Source: Pseudothermotoga sp.
Lineage (GTDB): Bacteria > Thermotogota > Thermotogae > Thermotogales > DSM-5069
Reading direction: 5' to 3' (one strand)
Assembly (NCBI GenBank): GCA_031962025.1
Contig: JAVRKW010000002.1
Length of the DNA: 64,000 nucleotides
Numbering within the stretch: the first letter of the stretch is position 1; each line of letters starts with the position of its first letter. The position numbers and the translations under genes were made by a program. Of this stretch, positions 9,194 to 17,976 are shown piece by piece. The notes under the pieces are model-generated. The model did not search any database and had not been told where the DNA came from. It saw only the letters and a program-made list of their open reading frames with translations.

Positions 9194-10165
9194 ATGAAAA
9201 GGTTAATATCCGCTGTAGTTCTGGTTCTTTGTATTGTCGGTTTTGGTGCTGTCAGGGTAGGTATAACCCAGATTGTGGATCATCCGGCATTGAACGCAGT
9301 TTTCGATGGAATTGTGAAAGCCGTTGAAGATGCAGGATTCAAAATTGGTCAGGATGTAATCATCGACAGACAAAACGCTCAGGGAAGTATGCAGAATGCT
9401 GTAACGATAGCAAAAAAGTTTGCAACTGAGAAGGTTGATATTGTAGTTGCCATTGCAACACCATCTGCTCAAGCCTGTGTTCAGGCAATAAGTGACAGAC
9501 CTGTTATCTTTTCTGCGGTGACAGATCCAGTTGGAGCAGGATTGATCAAGCAACTTGGGAAGAATGATTCAAATGTCGTTGGAATCTCAGACATGGTTCC
9601 AGTGTCAACGCAGCTCAGGTTGATCAAAAAGATCTTTCCCAATGCCAGAAAAGTTGGTGTGATTTACAATCCAGGAGAGGCAAATTCTGTGACTTTGACC
9701 AGTATTGCTAAATCCGCTGCTCCATCTTTGGAAATGACTGTTGTTGATATCCCCGGTACTTCTCCAAGTGAAATGATCACAGCTCTCAACAGTATTGGTC
9801 CCGGTGTGGATGTTCTGTACATAGGAACTGACAACACCGCCGCTTCTTCGATCGAAGCTATTGGTAGCGCGGCTTTGAGGTTGAAAAAACCTATAGTTGC
9901 CGCCGATATAGACATAGCACGCGGTGGAGGAATTGTCGGTTTTGGTTTTAATTACTTCCAGGTCGGTGTAGAGACAGGTCAATTACTGGTTGCTTTGCTC
10001 AAGGGTGCAAAACCAAGTGATCTTGAATCACACGTAGTTGGTCCGGATTCGCTTGTTTTGTATATAAACCTGGATGTGGCAAAACAGTTGAATATTGAAA
10101 TACCATCTGATCTTCTTGAGAGAGCCAACATAGTTGTTAAGGACGGCAAAGAGGTGACCAGATGA
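9194..10165 (+). CDS. ABC transporter substrate-binding protein (ABC_sub_bind / TrpX-like; probably aromatic amino acids)
   Basis: QIVDHPAL, NAQG, IATPSAQA, FSAVTDP and YNPGEANS family motifs; the upstream Trp/Tyr/Phe attenuator supports the substrate call. Confidence 0.85.
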   Translation: MKRLISAVVLVLCIVGFGAVRVGITQIVDHPALNAVFDGIVKAVEDAGFKIGQDVIIDRQNAQGSMQNAVTIAKKFATEKVDIVVAIATPSAQACVQAISDRPVIFSAVTDPVGAGLIKQLGKNDSNVVGISDMVPVSTQLRLIKKIFPNARKVGVIYNPGEANSVTLTSIAKSAAPSLEMTVVDIPGTSPSEMITALNSIGPGVDVLYIGTDNTAASSIEAIGSAALRLKKPIVAADIDIARGGGIVGFGFNYFQVGVETGQLLVALLKGAKPSDLESHVVGPDSLVLYINLDVAKQLNIEIPSDLLERANIVVKDGKEVTR

Positions 10166-11124
10166 TACCGATAGTCGAACAGGGACTTTTACTGGCTCTG
10201 GCCGCCATGGGTGTATATATATCATTCCGCCTTGTCGATCTTCCTGATCTGACGCCCGATGGTTCCTATGTTCTTGGAGGAGCCGTCGCGGTCGTCCTCC
10301 TTCATTCCGGTCATGGGTGGGTCTTTTCGACTTTTATGGCTGCACTTGCCGCCGGTGCGGCCGGTGCTGTCGTTGCGTTTATAACGACGAGATTTAGAAT
10401 CAACTCACTGCTCGCTTCAATTATGGTGATGACAGGTCTTTATTCACTGAGCATAAGAGTTATGAATGCGCCGAACATGCCAGTACCAAAATTCGATACG
10501 GGAAAGATAATGAGCTACGAGCAGATAGTTGGGAAAACTCCCTTAGACGACATACTCGGTGGATCAACCAGTCCAAATTTTGAAGCCAGCGGATTGAGAG
10601 CTGTAAGGGTTCCTTTCACAAATCTCGGTGATGGTCACGATCTTGCTGTCATTTCTGCGATTGTCGTGATATCGATTGTGATCATCTCGCTGTTCCTTAA
10701 AACTGAATTTGGCACGATGCTTCGGGGTTATGGCAGGAATCGTTTTGCTGTAAAGGTTTTGGGTGTCAATCCGGATCTATTTGCTTACGTCGGGCTCGTC
10801 ATGGGAAATGTTTTTGCGGGATTTTCTGGTGCGCTGTTTTCCATGTACAGCGGATTTGCCGACGTGAACATGGGAATTGGGACTGTGGTGGTTTGTCTTG
10901 CGGCAGTAATTCTTGGAGAGATTGTATTTGGCTCGCATGAGCCGTTGTACGGTGTCGTCTTTCCAGTTGTGGGTGCGTTGCTGTATCAGTTTTTGCTGAC
11001 ATTTGCCATGAAGTATGGATATCGTATTGGTTTTAAGCCGAGCGACATGAAGTTGCTCACAGCGCTCTTTGTCGTTGCCGTCATTGCAATCAGGAGGTTC
11101 AGGAAAAGTGAGGTGACCGTATGA
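10162..11124 (+). CDS. ABC transporter permease (BPD_transp_2 type, TrpY-like)
   Basis: PDLTPDGS and ADVNMGIG motifs; hydrophobic; overlaps the SBP stop. Confidence 0.88.
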   Translation: MIPIVEQGLLLALAAMGVYISFRLVDLPDLTPDGSYVLGGAVAVVLLHSGHGWVFSTFMAALAAGAAGAVVAFITTRFRINSLLASIMVMTGLYSLSIRVMNAPNMPVPKFDTGKIMSYEQIVGKTPLDDILGGSTSPNFEASGLRAVRVPFTNLGDGHDLAVISAIVVISIVIISLFLKTEFGTMLRGYGRNRFAVKVLGVNPDLFAYVGLVMGNVFAGFSGALFSMYSGFADVNMGIGTVVVCLAAVILGEIVFGSHEPLYGVVFPVVGALLYQFLLTFAMKYGYRIGFKPSDMKLLTALFVVAVIAIRRFRKSEVTV

Positions 11125-11867
11125 TAGATATTGAAAATGTCACGGTTGTTTATAACAAAGGGACGCTGGATGAAAAAGTCGCCCTGAGGGATGTTTCTCT
11201 CAAAGTCAATGAAACAGAATTTCTTGTCGTTGTAGGATCAAATGGTGCGGGAAAATCTACGCTTTTGAAACTGCTCGTTGGGGATGTAAAGCCAGCTCAG
11301 GGCAGCTGCAAAATTTTTGGAATGCCTGTAGTCTCTGAAAAGATATTCAAAAAGACCAGTATAGTCTGTCAGGATCCAAACCAAGGAGTGTTCCCGAATT
11401 TGACAGTGGAAGAAAATCTCATGCTCGCCAGTAAAAAAGGTATGAGGGGACTTGGCTTTGGCAAAGTCTGTCCAACGAGCATAGATCTGCTCAAGTCCAC
11501 GGGAATGGGTCTTGAAGAAGCTCTCAAAAGAAAGGCATCCAAGTTGTCCGGGGGGCAAAAACAGGCACTTGCTATAGTGATGGCTGTTTCTTCAAATCCA
11601 AAGCTACTGCTTTTGGATGAACATACAGCAGCACTTGATCCAAAAAGCACGGAAAAGATCATGGAATTGACTGACAGGATAAACAAAGAGCTCGGCACCA
11701 CGATCTTGATGATCACCCATGATATGACACTCGCAGAACAATTTGGTAATAGTGTGATAGTTATGGAAGATGGAAGAATTTGCACAAAGATAGACAAATC
11801 GCAACAGAAAGTAATAGCCTCTCAACTCAAAGCCATGATAAGATCTACTGTGTTTAGCAGTAGATAA
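11121..11867 (+). CDS. ABC transporter ATP-binding protein
   Basis: GSNGAGKST, LSGGQ and LLLLDEHTAALDP motifs. Confidence 0.92.
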   Translation: MIDIENVTVVYNKGTLDEKVALRDVSLKVNETEFLVVVGSNGAGKSTLLKLLVGDVKPAQGSCKIFGMPVVSEKIFKKTSIVCQDPNQGVFPNLTVEENLMLASKKGMRGLGFGKVCPTSIDLLKSTGMGLEEALKRKASKLSGGQKQALAIVMAVSSNPKLLLLDEHTAALDPKSTEKIMELTDRINKELGTTILMITHDMTLAEQFGNSVIVMEDGRICTKIDKSQQKVIASQLKAMIRSTVFSSR

Positions 11868-11896
11868 CAACTTTTATTCAGTTGAGAGGTGGTTTT

Positions 11897-13045
11897 ATGG
11901 ATTCGCATACGCTTGTAAAAGCCGCAGAGTCTTTTGGCACTCCTGTCTACGTCTACGACCTTCCTTTTATTCGCCAGAGAATTTCTGTTTTAAGAGAAAT
12001 GTTCAGAGATTTTGATTTCCGCCTTGCCTACGCCGTAAAAGCGAATTTCAACAGAGATATTCTGAGTGTGCTTGAAAAGGAAAATATCATGGTTGATGTT
12101 GTTTCTTTTGGAGAATACAACCAGGTTCGCTCGGTTGGTTTCACGCCAGATAGGATAATCGTCAACGGCAATTGCAAAAAAAGAGAAGAGCTTGAAAAAT
12201 ACGTCCAGGACGGTGTTTTTTCTATAAACCTTGATAGCTATGAAGAACTTCTCAGGCTTGAGAAAGTTCTTTCAAAACCAGCAAGGGTATCTATCAGGGT
12301 CAATCCGGATGTAGATGCAAAAACTCATCCGCACATTGCAACTGGTTTGAAGGAAAACAAATTCGGTGTCGATTTTGACACGGCATCCAAAATGGTCGAG
12401 CGAATCAGGTCGAACAAAATGGTTGATTTAATAGGTCTTCACTGCCATATAGGTTCACAGATAACCGAAGTGGAACCTTATCTTGAAGCGGTTGTTTCTA
12501 TAAAGTACTTTGCAAAATCGATGAACCTGAAATTGAATGTGTTAAACCTTGGCGGTGGCTGGGGTATAGATTATGGCAATGGCAAAACTCTCGATCTTGA
12601 AGAATACAGACAGAAGATTTTCCCTATTTTGAAAGAATTTGGCTCAACGATTGTTCTGGAGCTCGGAAGATGGATTGTTGCTTCTTCGGCTTATCTGGTG
12701 GCAAAAGTTGAGTACGTAAAGAGAACCTGCAGCAAAACTTTCATCATGCTCGATACGGGAATGACCCATCTGATAAGACCTGCTCTCTATGGAGCTAAAC
12801 ACAGAATAATACCGTTGTACGAGACGAAGAACCGCAAGAAAATAAAAGCAGACATTGTCGGACCAATTTGCGAAAGTGCCGACACTTTTAGAAAGTCATA
12901 CACCATAGCAGAGCCAGAAGAAGGTGAATTTGTAGCTATATGTGACGTTGGAGCTTATGGCTATGCCATGGCATCTGATTACAACCTGATACCAAAACCA
13001 AAAGAAATCATCTGGGATGGCGATAAATTATTCAGATCTTCTTGA
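11897..13045 (+). CDS. lysA: Diaminopimelate decarboxylase
   Basis: GTPVYVYD, YAVKAN (PLP Lys), HIGSQI, NLGGG, GPICESAD and GAYG motifs; ATG 11897 has a GAGG SD. Confidence 0.92.
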   Translation: MDSHTLVKAAESFGTPVYVYDLPFIRQRISVLREMFRDFDFRLAYAVKANFNRDILSVLEKENIMVDVVSFGEYNQVRSVGFTPDRIIVNGNCKKREELEKYVQDGVFSINLDSYEELLRLEKVLSKPARVSIRVNPDVDAKTHPHIATGLKENKFGVDFDTASKMVERIRSNKMVDLIGLHCHIGSQITEVEPYLEAVVSIKYFAKSMNLKLNVLNLGGGWGIDYGNGKTLDLEEYRQKIFPILKEFGSTIVLELGRWIVASSAYLVAKVEYVKRTCSKTFIMLDTGMTHLIRPALYGAKHRIIPLYETKNRKKIKADIVGPICESADTFRKSYTIAEPEEGEFVAICDVGAYGYAMASDYNLIPKPKEIIWDGDKLFRSS

Positions 13046-13352
13046 TCTTTACAGCCGTTCCATAGGCAAGTACTTCGGCGGCAGATTGCATGATTGAAGA
13101 ACTACCAAAACGAATACCTACAACGGCATCTGCACCAAGTTCTTCTGCCTGAGCTATCATTCTTTGCAGGGCAATATTTCTTGCCTCGGTCAAAAGCTCT
13201 GTGTAAGACTTGATTTCACCGCCTGCGAGTGTTTTAAAAGCCGCAGCTATGTCTTTGCCAAGGTGTTTGGAATGAACAGTATTTCCCATAACAAGACCGA
13301 GCGTTTCAGTGATTTCATATCCCTCTATTTTTTCGGTAGTTGTGAGTATCAA
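13032..13352 (-). CDS. YbjQ / UPF0145 family protein
   Basis: GGEIKSY, LGADAVVGIRF and AYGTAVK motifs. Confidence 0.9.
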   Translation of the reverse strand: MILTTTEKIEGYEITETLGLVMGNTVHSKHLGKDIAAAFKTLAGGEIKSYTELLTEARNIALQRMIAQAEELGADAVVGIRFGSSSIMQSAAEVLAYGTAVKIKKI

Positions 13353-13376
13353 CCTAACACCTCCTGTGTATATTAT

Positions 13377-13405
13377 AAAAAAACCCGGATTTCACCGGGT
13401 TTTTT
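13377..13405. terminator. Intrinsic terminator (bidirectional architecture) after the GntR gene
   Basis: A7-CCCGG-atttca-CCGGG-T6. Confidence 0.75.
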
Positions 13406-13410
13406 GCCTG

Positions 13411-14070
13411 TTAGATCAATCCTTCATTCATTCTTCGTAAAAGCACGTCTTTAACATTGCTGATATGATTTTCAACGGCTTTTTCTGCTGCCTCAACGTC
13501 CTGTTGACAAATTGCTTTGTATATCAACAAATGCTCCTGATAAGACTTACTTATTCTTCCAGGGTAGGAGAGAGAAAGTATCCTGACTCTGTGGAGTTTT
13601 TCGCCCAGTGAGTTCATGATTTTGGACAATTCTTCGTTACCGGAGCCATTTATTATGGTTCTGTGGAATTCTGAATTAAGACGTGTCAGGTTTTCCAGAT
13701 CATTCATCTCGGAGGCTACTTGCATTTTTTCAATAATCTGTGCAAGAGCTTGGTTGTTTTTCTGTGCACCTCTTTGAATGAACAACCTAACAGCGAGCTT
13801 TTCAAGATACATCCTCAAAAAGAGCAAGTCCTCTATTTCTTTTTTGTTCCATTTTTTCACAATGAATCCTTTGTGCGGTTCAACCAGAACCAATCCCTGT
13901 GCCGCTAAATGGTGTAATGCTTCTCTGACCGGTGTTATACTGACTCCGAGTTGCTTTGCAACCGCATCTATCACAATCCGTTCTCCGGGCATGTAATGCC
14001 CTTTGAGTATGTAATCTTTGACTGTCTCGAATACCTCTTCTCTGAGCGATTTATGACTTGCTTTTTGCAT
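13411..14070 (-). CDS. GntR family regulator (FCD/FadR-type C-terminal domain)
   Basis: LGVSITPVREAL HTH, NSEFH and EH motifs of the FCD domain. Confidence 0.92.
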   Translation of the reverse strand: MQKASHKSLREEVFETVKDYILKGHYMPGERIVIDAVAKQLGVSITPVREALHHLAAQGLVLVEPHKGFIVKKWNKKEIEDLLFLRMYLEKLAVRLFIQRGAQKNNQALAQIIEKMQVASEMNDLENLTRLNSEFHRTIINGSGNEELSKIMNSLGEKLHRVRILSLSYPGRISKSYQEHLLIYKAICQQDVEAAEKAVENHISNVKDVLLRRMNEGLI

Positions 14071-14092
14071 TCAAAACCTCCTTGTATAAAAA

Positions 14093-14407
14093 TTATACCC
14101 TGGATGTTTTGTATTTTTTCACAGCCGCGGAAATTAACGGGTAGAACAAAGACAGGGCAGCCAATGAAAGCAGGGCTATTGATATACCGGAATTGAAAAA
14201 GATAGAAAAACTACCATTGGACAGCATCAAGGATTGTCTAAAGGACTGTTCAAATTTCCTGCCAACAACACTTGCCAGAATCAAAGGAGCAGTTGGTATA
14301 TCGAGCTTTCTCATTGCATATCCTAAAAGCCCAAAGAGTATGAGTAGGTAAAAATCAACTACACTCAGGTTGATTGCATAAACGCCGATAAAGCAAAGTC
14401 GTTTCAT
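14093..14407 (-). pseudogene. tctA: C-terminal fragment of tripartite tricarboxylate transporter large subunit TctA
   Basis: LCFIGVYAIN...FGLLGYAMRKLDIPTAPLILASVVGRKFEQSFRQSL matches the last ~100 aa of TctA, which is normally ~500 aa. The N-terminal part and tctB/tctC are absent. Confidence 0.75.
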
Positions 14408-15717
14408 TGAATATTTTTTTTAATCCACTCTGCGATGTCTTGGACAACTTTTTGAGAAACATTTGCAGGCTGCTGGTATTCAATTGGTGTAGAGGGTCCT
14501 TCGCCAGCAATAAAAAGGTGATTGAGATCGTCGTAAATTTTGAATGTGACAGTTCCTTTATTTTTAAGAGCTTCATACCACATCTGAAAATCCTTCATCG
14601 TCACCTGATAATCACGCCTGCCCTGCATTATTAAGATGGGAATATTCAAAGATTTAGCTACTTTTATTGGATCATAATTTAATAGATCTTCCCAGTAAAC
14701 CTTTGAAGCACCAAGAACTGTTTCGCCTTCTTTTAACTGATCTTTCTGGATGCGTTCCAGTTGATCTTTCATATCTTGAAGTTGCTTTGCTTCGTTTTCA
14801 TCGATTTTCCCATCCAGTGAAAAGATGTACTCAAGTTGATCCAGAGCATTTATTATGTATAATCCCCTTGCAGCTGGTGCAAGCAGAATGATACCTGCCA
14901 GTTGTTCTGATCTTGTGGCAATTCTGGGTGCGAGCGTTGCTCCAAGGCTGTGCCCAAGGATGAATATTCTTTTTTTATCTATTTTGTCAAATTTTCTGAG
15001 TAAATCTATGGCAGCCAGTGCGTCGTCCACCGTCTCGTCGTTGACTGTGAAATTATCCATCATCTGAATGCATTCCTGGGGATACACTTTTGTGCGTTTA
15101 TCGTATCTGAGTACAGCTATACCATTACTCGCAAGCCCCCAGGCGATATCTTTGAACGGTTTATTTGGGCCGATGGTTTCGTCTCTGTCATTTGGACCAG
15201 AGCCGTGAACAAGAACCACCGCGCTGAATGGACCATCACCTTCTGGTAGTGTCAGAACTGCAGGCATTTTCCATTGACCGTTTTCCACAACGCATTCGAT
15301 TTCTTTGAATTTATCGATTGCGACATATTCTGGTATCATGTAAGTTCTTTCTTCGACATAAGGCAAAAACTGCAAACCTGCTATCTTTTCCTGTTGATCA
15401 AAAACGATTCTGGCATCTAGCCTCATTTTTTCAAAATCACAGCCGACGAAAACCACGTTGTATCCCTGTTCGGTTGTACTTTTCAATCTGAGAATCTGTT
15501 TGAAATTCCCAACCTGCAGATTCAGTGTTTTCCAGAAAGATTCAAGTGTGAGATTTGATTGTTCTAAAGCATCCAGCATGATCTGTGAAACCATATTTTG
15601 AGCATTTTCAAAATTTCCAGTTGAAAGATAGTGGATGAACATCGCTGCTGTTTGTTCACAAGATGCAAAAATCAAAGTCGAAACAGTCATTAAAAAGACT
15701 ACGATTGTTCTTTTCAC
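14404..15717 (-). CDS. Exported alpha/beta hydrolase with DUF3887-like N-terminal domain
   Basis: Signal peptide, HGSGPNDRDE, nucleophile GHSLG, QGRRDYQV and LNHLF catalytic motifs; GTG 15717 has an SD. Confidence 0.85.
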   Translation of the reverse strand: MKRTIVVFLMTVSTLIFASCEQTAAMFIHYLSTGNFENAQNMVSQIMLDALEQSNLTLESFWKTLNLQVGNFKQILRLKSTTEQGYNVVFVGCDFEKMRLDARIVFDQQEKIAGLQFLPYVEERTYMIPEYVAIDKFKEIECVVENGQWKMPAVLTLPEGDGPFSAVVLVHGSGPNDRDETIGPNKPFKDIAWGLASNGIAVLRYDKRTKVYPQECIQMMDNFTVNDETVDDALAAIDLLRKFDKIDKKRIFILGHSLGATLAPRIATRSEQLAGIILLAPAARGLYIINALDQLEYIFSLDGKIDENEAKQLQDMKDQLERIQKDQLKEGETVLGASKVYWEDLLNYDPIKVAKSLNIPILIMQGRRDYQVTMKDFQMWYEALKNKGTVTFKIYDDLNHLFIAGEGPSTPIEYQQPANVSQKVVQDIAEWIKKNIQ

Positions 15718-15731
15718 AGGATCACCTTCCT

Positions 15732-16499
15732 TCAAAATTCTTTCTTTAAGAACGTACCGTAACTCAATAAGAAGAAAAACACAGATATTGCAATCAATCC
15801 AAGTGAATACTCTATGTCCAGATGACCTGTCTGGAATATCTTTCCACCCAGGATGTAAACATAGGTGTTTAAAAACCTGGTGAATCTTATCATGCCCATT
15901 ACCGTGGTAATTGCCAGAAGTCCAACGCAGATCAAGATGGGTTTGACCTGATCATTTGATATGACAGAGAAAAACATCGTGACGACAAACCAGAAGATCG
16001 CACCAACTACTGTGTGAATGAGAAAAGCAACTAAAAGCCCGTAATTCAGCTTTTTGCCGGCTAAAAACGAGTAGATACCTGGAAGAAGTGACAGAACAAT
16101 CATTACAGCAGCAGTCGTCGACATTGCTAAAATTGATTTTGAAAGGAATATCTTTTTTCTGTCCTTTCTTGCCAGAAGAAATTCCATGGTTCCATTCTCA
16201 GTTTCTCTTGCAAAGAGCGGAAAAGCCATTATTATTGCCAAAATTGGTACCATCTGCCCCAGGTTTTTTCCGAACCACTGGCTGTAGATATAAAAATTCC
16301 AGTCGCTCAGATTGTTTATGAAATCTTTTGGTAAGAGTTTTTCAAGAAATCTGGGTGCGTTTTGTATCTGTGCGTACTGCTGTAACATCTGGACAGTTAC
16401 ATTTTGAAGTGGAGCCAGAACGAAGAACAATCCCACACCTATGAGAAGGATCACAAATGCTCTGAGTTTCATATCGTAGAATTCTTTTTTTAACATCAT
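15732..16499 (-). CDS. ABC-2 type permease subunit
   Basis: FARETENGTMEFLLAR motif and about 6 TM segments. Confidence 0.85.
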   Translation of the reverse strand: MMLKKEFYDMKLRAFVILLIGVGLFFVLAPLQNVTVQMLQQYAQIQNAPRFLEKLLPKDFINNLSDWNFYIYSQWFGKNLGQMVPILAIIMAFPLFARETENGTMEFLLARKDRKKIFLSKSILAMSTTAAVMIVLSLLPGIYSFLAGKKLNYGLLVAFLIHTVVGAIFWFVVTMFFSVISNDQVKPILICVGLLAITTVMGMIRFTRFLNTYVYILGGKIFQTGHLDIEYSLGLIAISVFFFLLSYGTFLKKEF

Positions 16500-17278
16500 C
16501 TCGCCCCCTTAACTATGGCTTCAAAGATCACATCGAATGTGGCAGGTTCGATTGATCCTTCTGCGAATTGCCTTCTGGTAACGTATATGTCTTCGCTTTC
16601 AGTGCTTTTATAATAAAATCCATCGATCTTCTTGCCTTTTGGTACCACACACAGTACATATCTTTCCTTCAAATCGTCAAGGTGATCCATTTCGACAATC
16701 TTTCCTTTGACCATTATCGCAACTGTATCGGCGATCTTTTCAACCTCTGCAAGGATATGACTTGTGTAGAAAACCGTGCTTCCATTGTAGGAAAGCTGTC
16801 TAATCATATCTAAAACTCTGTTTCTCATGATTGGATCCAATCCCCAGGTTGGTTCATCCATGAAGTAGATCTGTGCTTTTTGAGAAAGCACAATAGCCAT
16901 GTAGGTTTGTGTGAGCATACCGTGTGATAGATTTGCTATCTTTTCTTTGAGAGGTATCTGAAAATCCTGAAGAATCTCAAAAGCTTTTTGCTTGTCAAAG
17001 TTTTCTGTGATCAACGAGGAAATCTCAACCATTTTCTCAACAGTCAGATATCTGTACAGCTCTTTTGTCTCTGGCAGATATGCAAAAGAACCATTCAAAT
17101 TGATCTTCCCAGAATCAGGTTTCCTTAAGCCAAGGATACACTTGATAGTGGTTGTTTTTCCAGCACCGTTGGGTCCTAAAAGTGCAAAGATACAGCCTTC
17201 TTGAACTTCAAAACTGATATTATCCACTGCCTTTTTGCCTGTGTAAGATTTTGAAAGCCCTTCAACTTTCAGCACCAT
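16496..17278 (-). CDS. ABC transporter ATP-binding protein (YtrB-like)
   Basis: GPNGAGKTT, LSHGM, MDEPTWGLDP and TSH motifs. Confidence 0.9.
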   Translation of the reverse strand: MVLKVEGLSKSYTGKKAVDNISFEVQEGCIFALLGPNGAGKTTTIKCILGLRKPDSGKINLNGSFAYLPETKELYRYLTVEKMVEISSLITENFDKQKAFEILQDFQIPLKEKIANLSHGMLTQTYMAIVLSQKAQIYFMDEPTWGLDPIMRNRVLDMIRQLSYNGSTVFYTSHILAEVEKIADTVAIMVKGKIVEMDHLDDLKERYVLCVVPKGKKIDGFYYKSTESEDIYVTRRQFAEGSIEPATFDVIFEAIVKGAR

Positions 17279-17642
17279 TATCATCCCTCCGATAGATTTG
17301 CTTTAATCTTTCTGAAAGAAACTGCTGGTCTATACCGATTTTTTTACATTGCTCAACGCTATTGTCGAATTGGGATATCAATCGATTCACAAAATCCTGT
17401 TCATCCAACTCTCCAACGACGTAACCTTCTCCCCTGACGAGTTTCAGCACACCTTCGTTTGTGAGTTCTCTATAAGCTCTGGCAACGGTGTTTATGTTCA
17501 CCTGAAGATCTTCAGCCAGAGTCCTTATAGAAGGAACAAATTCTCCTTTCTTCAATTTGCCTGACTTGATCAAAGTTTTCACCTTTTCCATGATCTGTTT
17601 GTACACAGGTACATGTGAGCCAAAATCTATTGAAAACCACAT
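17262..17642 (-). CDS. GntR family regulator, YtrA subfamily
   Basis: 126 aa with PVYKQI, PSIRTLA and NINTVARAYREL motifs; heads an ABC operon. Confidence 0.9.
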   Translation of the reverse strand: MWFSIDFGSHVPVYKQIMEKVKTLIKSGKLKKGEFVPSIRTLAEDLQVNINTVARAYRELTNEGVLKLVRGEGYVVGELDEQDFVNRLISQFDNSVEQCKKIGIDQQFLSERLKQIYRRDDNGAES

Positions 17643-17658
17643 ACGCTTACCTCCGTAT

Positions 17659-17682
17659 ACTGTACTATCACAATATTACAGT
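17659..17682. promoter_or_regulatory. Candidate YtrA-type operator
   Basis: Inverted repeat ACTGTAcTA-n6-TAtTACAGT immediately upstream of the YtrA-family SD; resembles TGTAnTA...TAnTACA sites of this subfamily. Confidence 0.65.
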
Positions 17683-17763
17683 GGTAATGTAAACTGAAAG
17701 TTTCATAAAAATAAATTTCGTTCTAAGCAGTCTGCCGCAGGTGGTCAAATTTTTTAAAGTGAC

Positions 17764-17801
17764 AAAAAACAAAAACCACAGATGAGCAGATCTGTGGTTT
17801 T
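17764..17801 (-). terminator. Intrinsic terminator
   Basis: 12-bp stem AAAACCACAGAT/ATCTGTGGTTTT with a U-rich tail on the minus strand. Confidence 0.75.
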
Positions 17802-17976
17802 GACCTCCTTACAATTTTATCTGCCGTTGAACTTTGAAATAGTTTGACATCACAAGATCAGTCGGTTTGAAATCAATTCTGACATCTGCCTGAGAGGTAT
17901 TGAATTAACCTTATACAGTCATTTTGCTTTTAAAAACAGTTTGAAGAGTTTTCTTTCATGTTCTTTTTGCAAAAAC

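Noticed and set aside
9094..9327. 77-aa plus-strand ORF over the attenuator
   Set aside because: It runs through the terminator and out of frame into the SBP gene, and has no SD.
17880..17900. CTCTCAGG on the minus strand, as in glycine riboswitch aptamers
   Set aside because: The 5' GGAGA and CCGAAG aptamer elements are missing.
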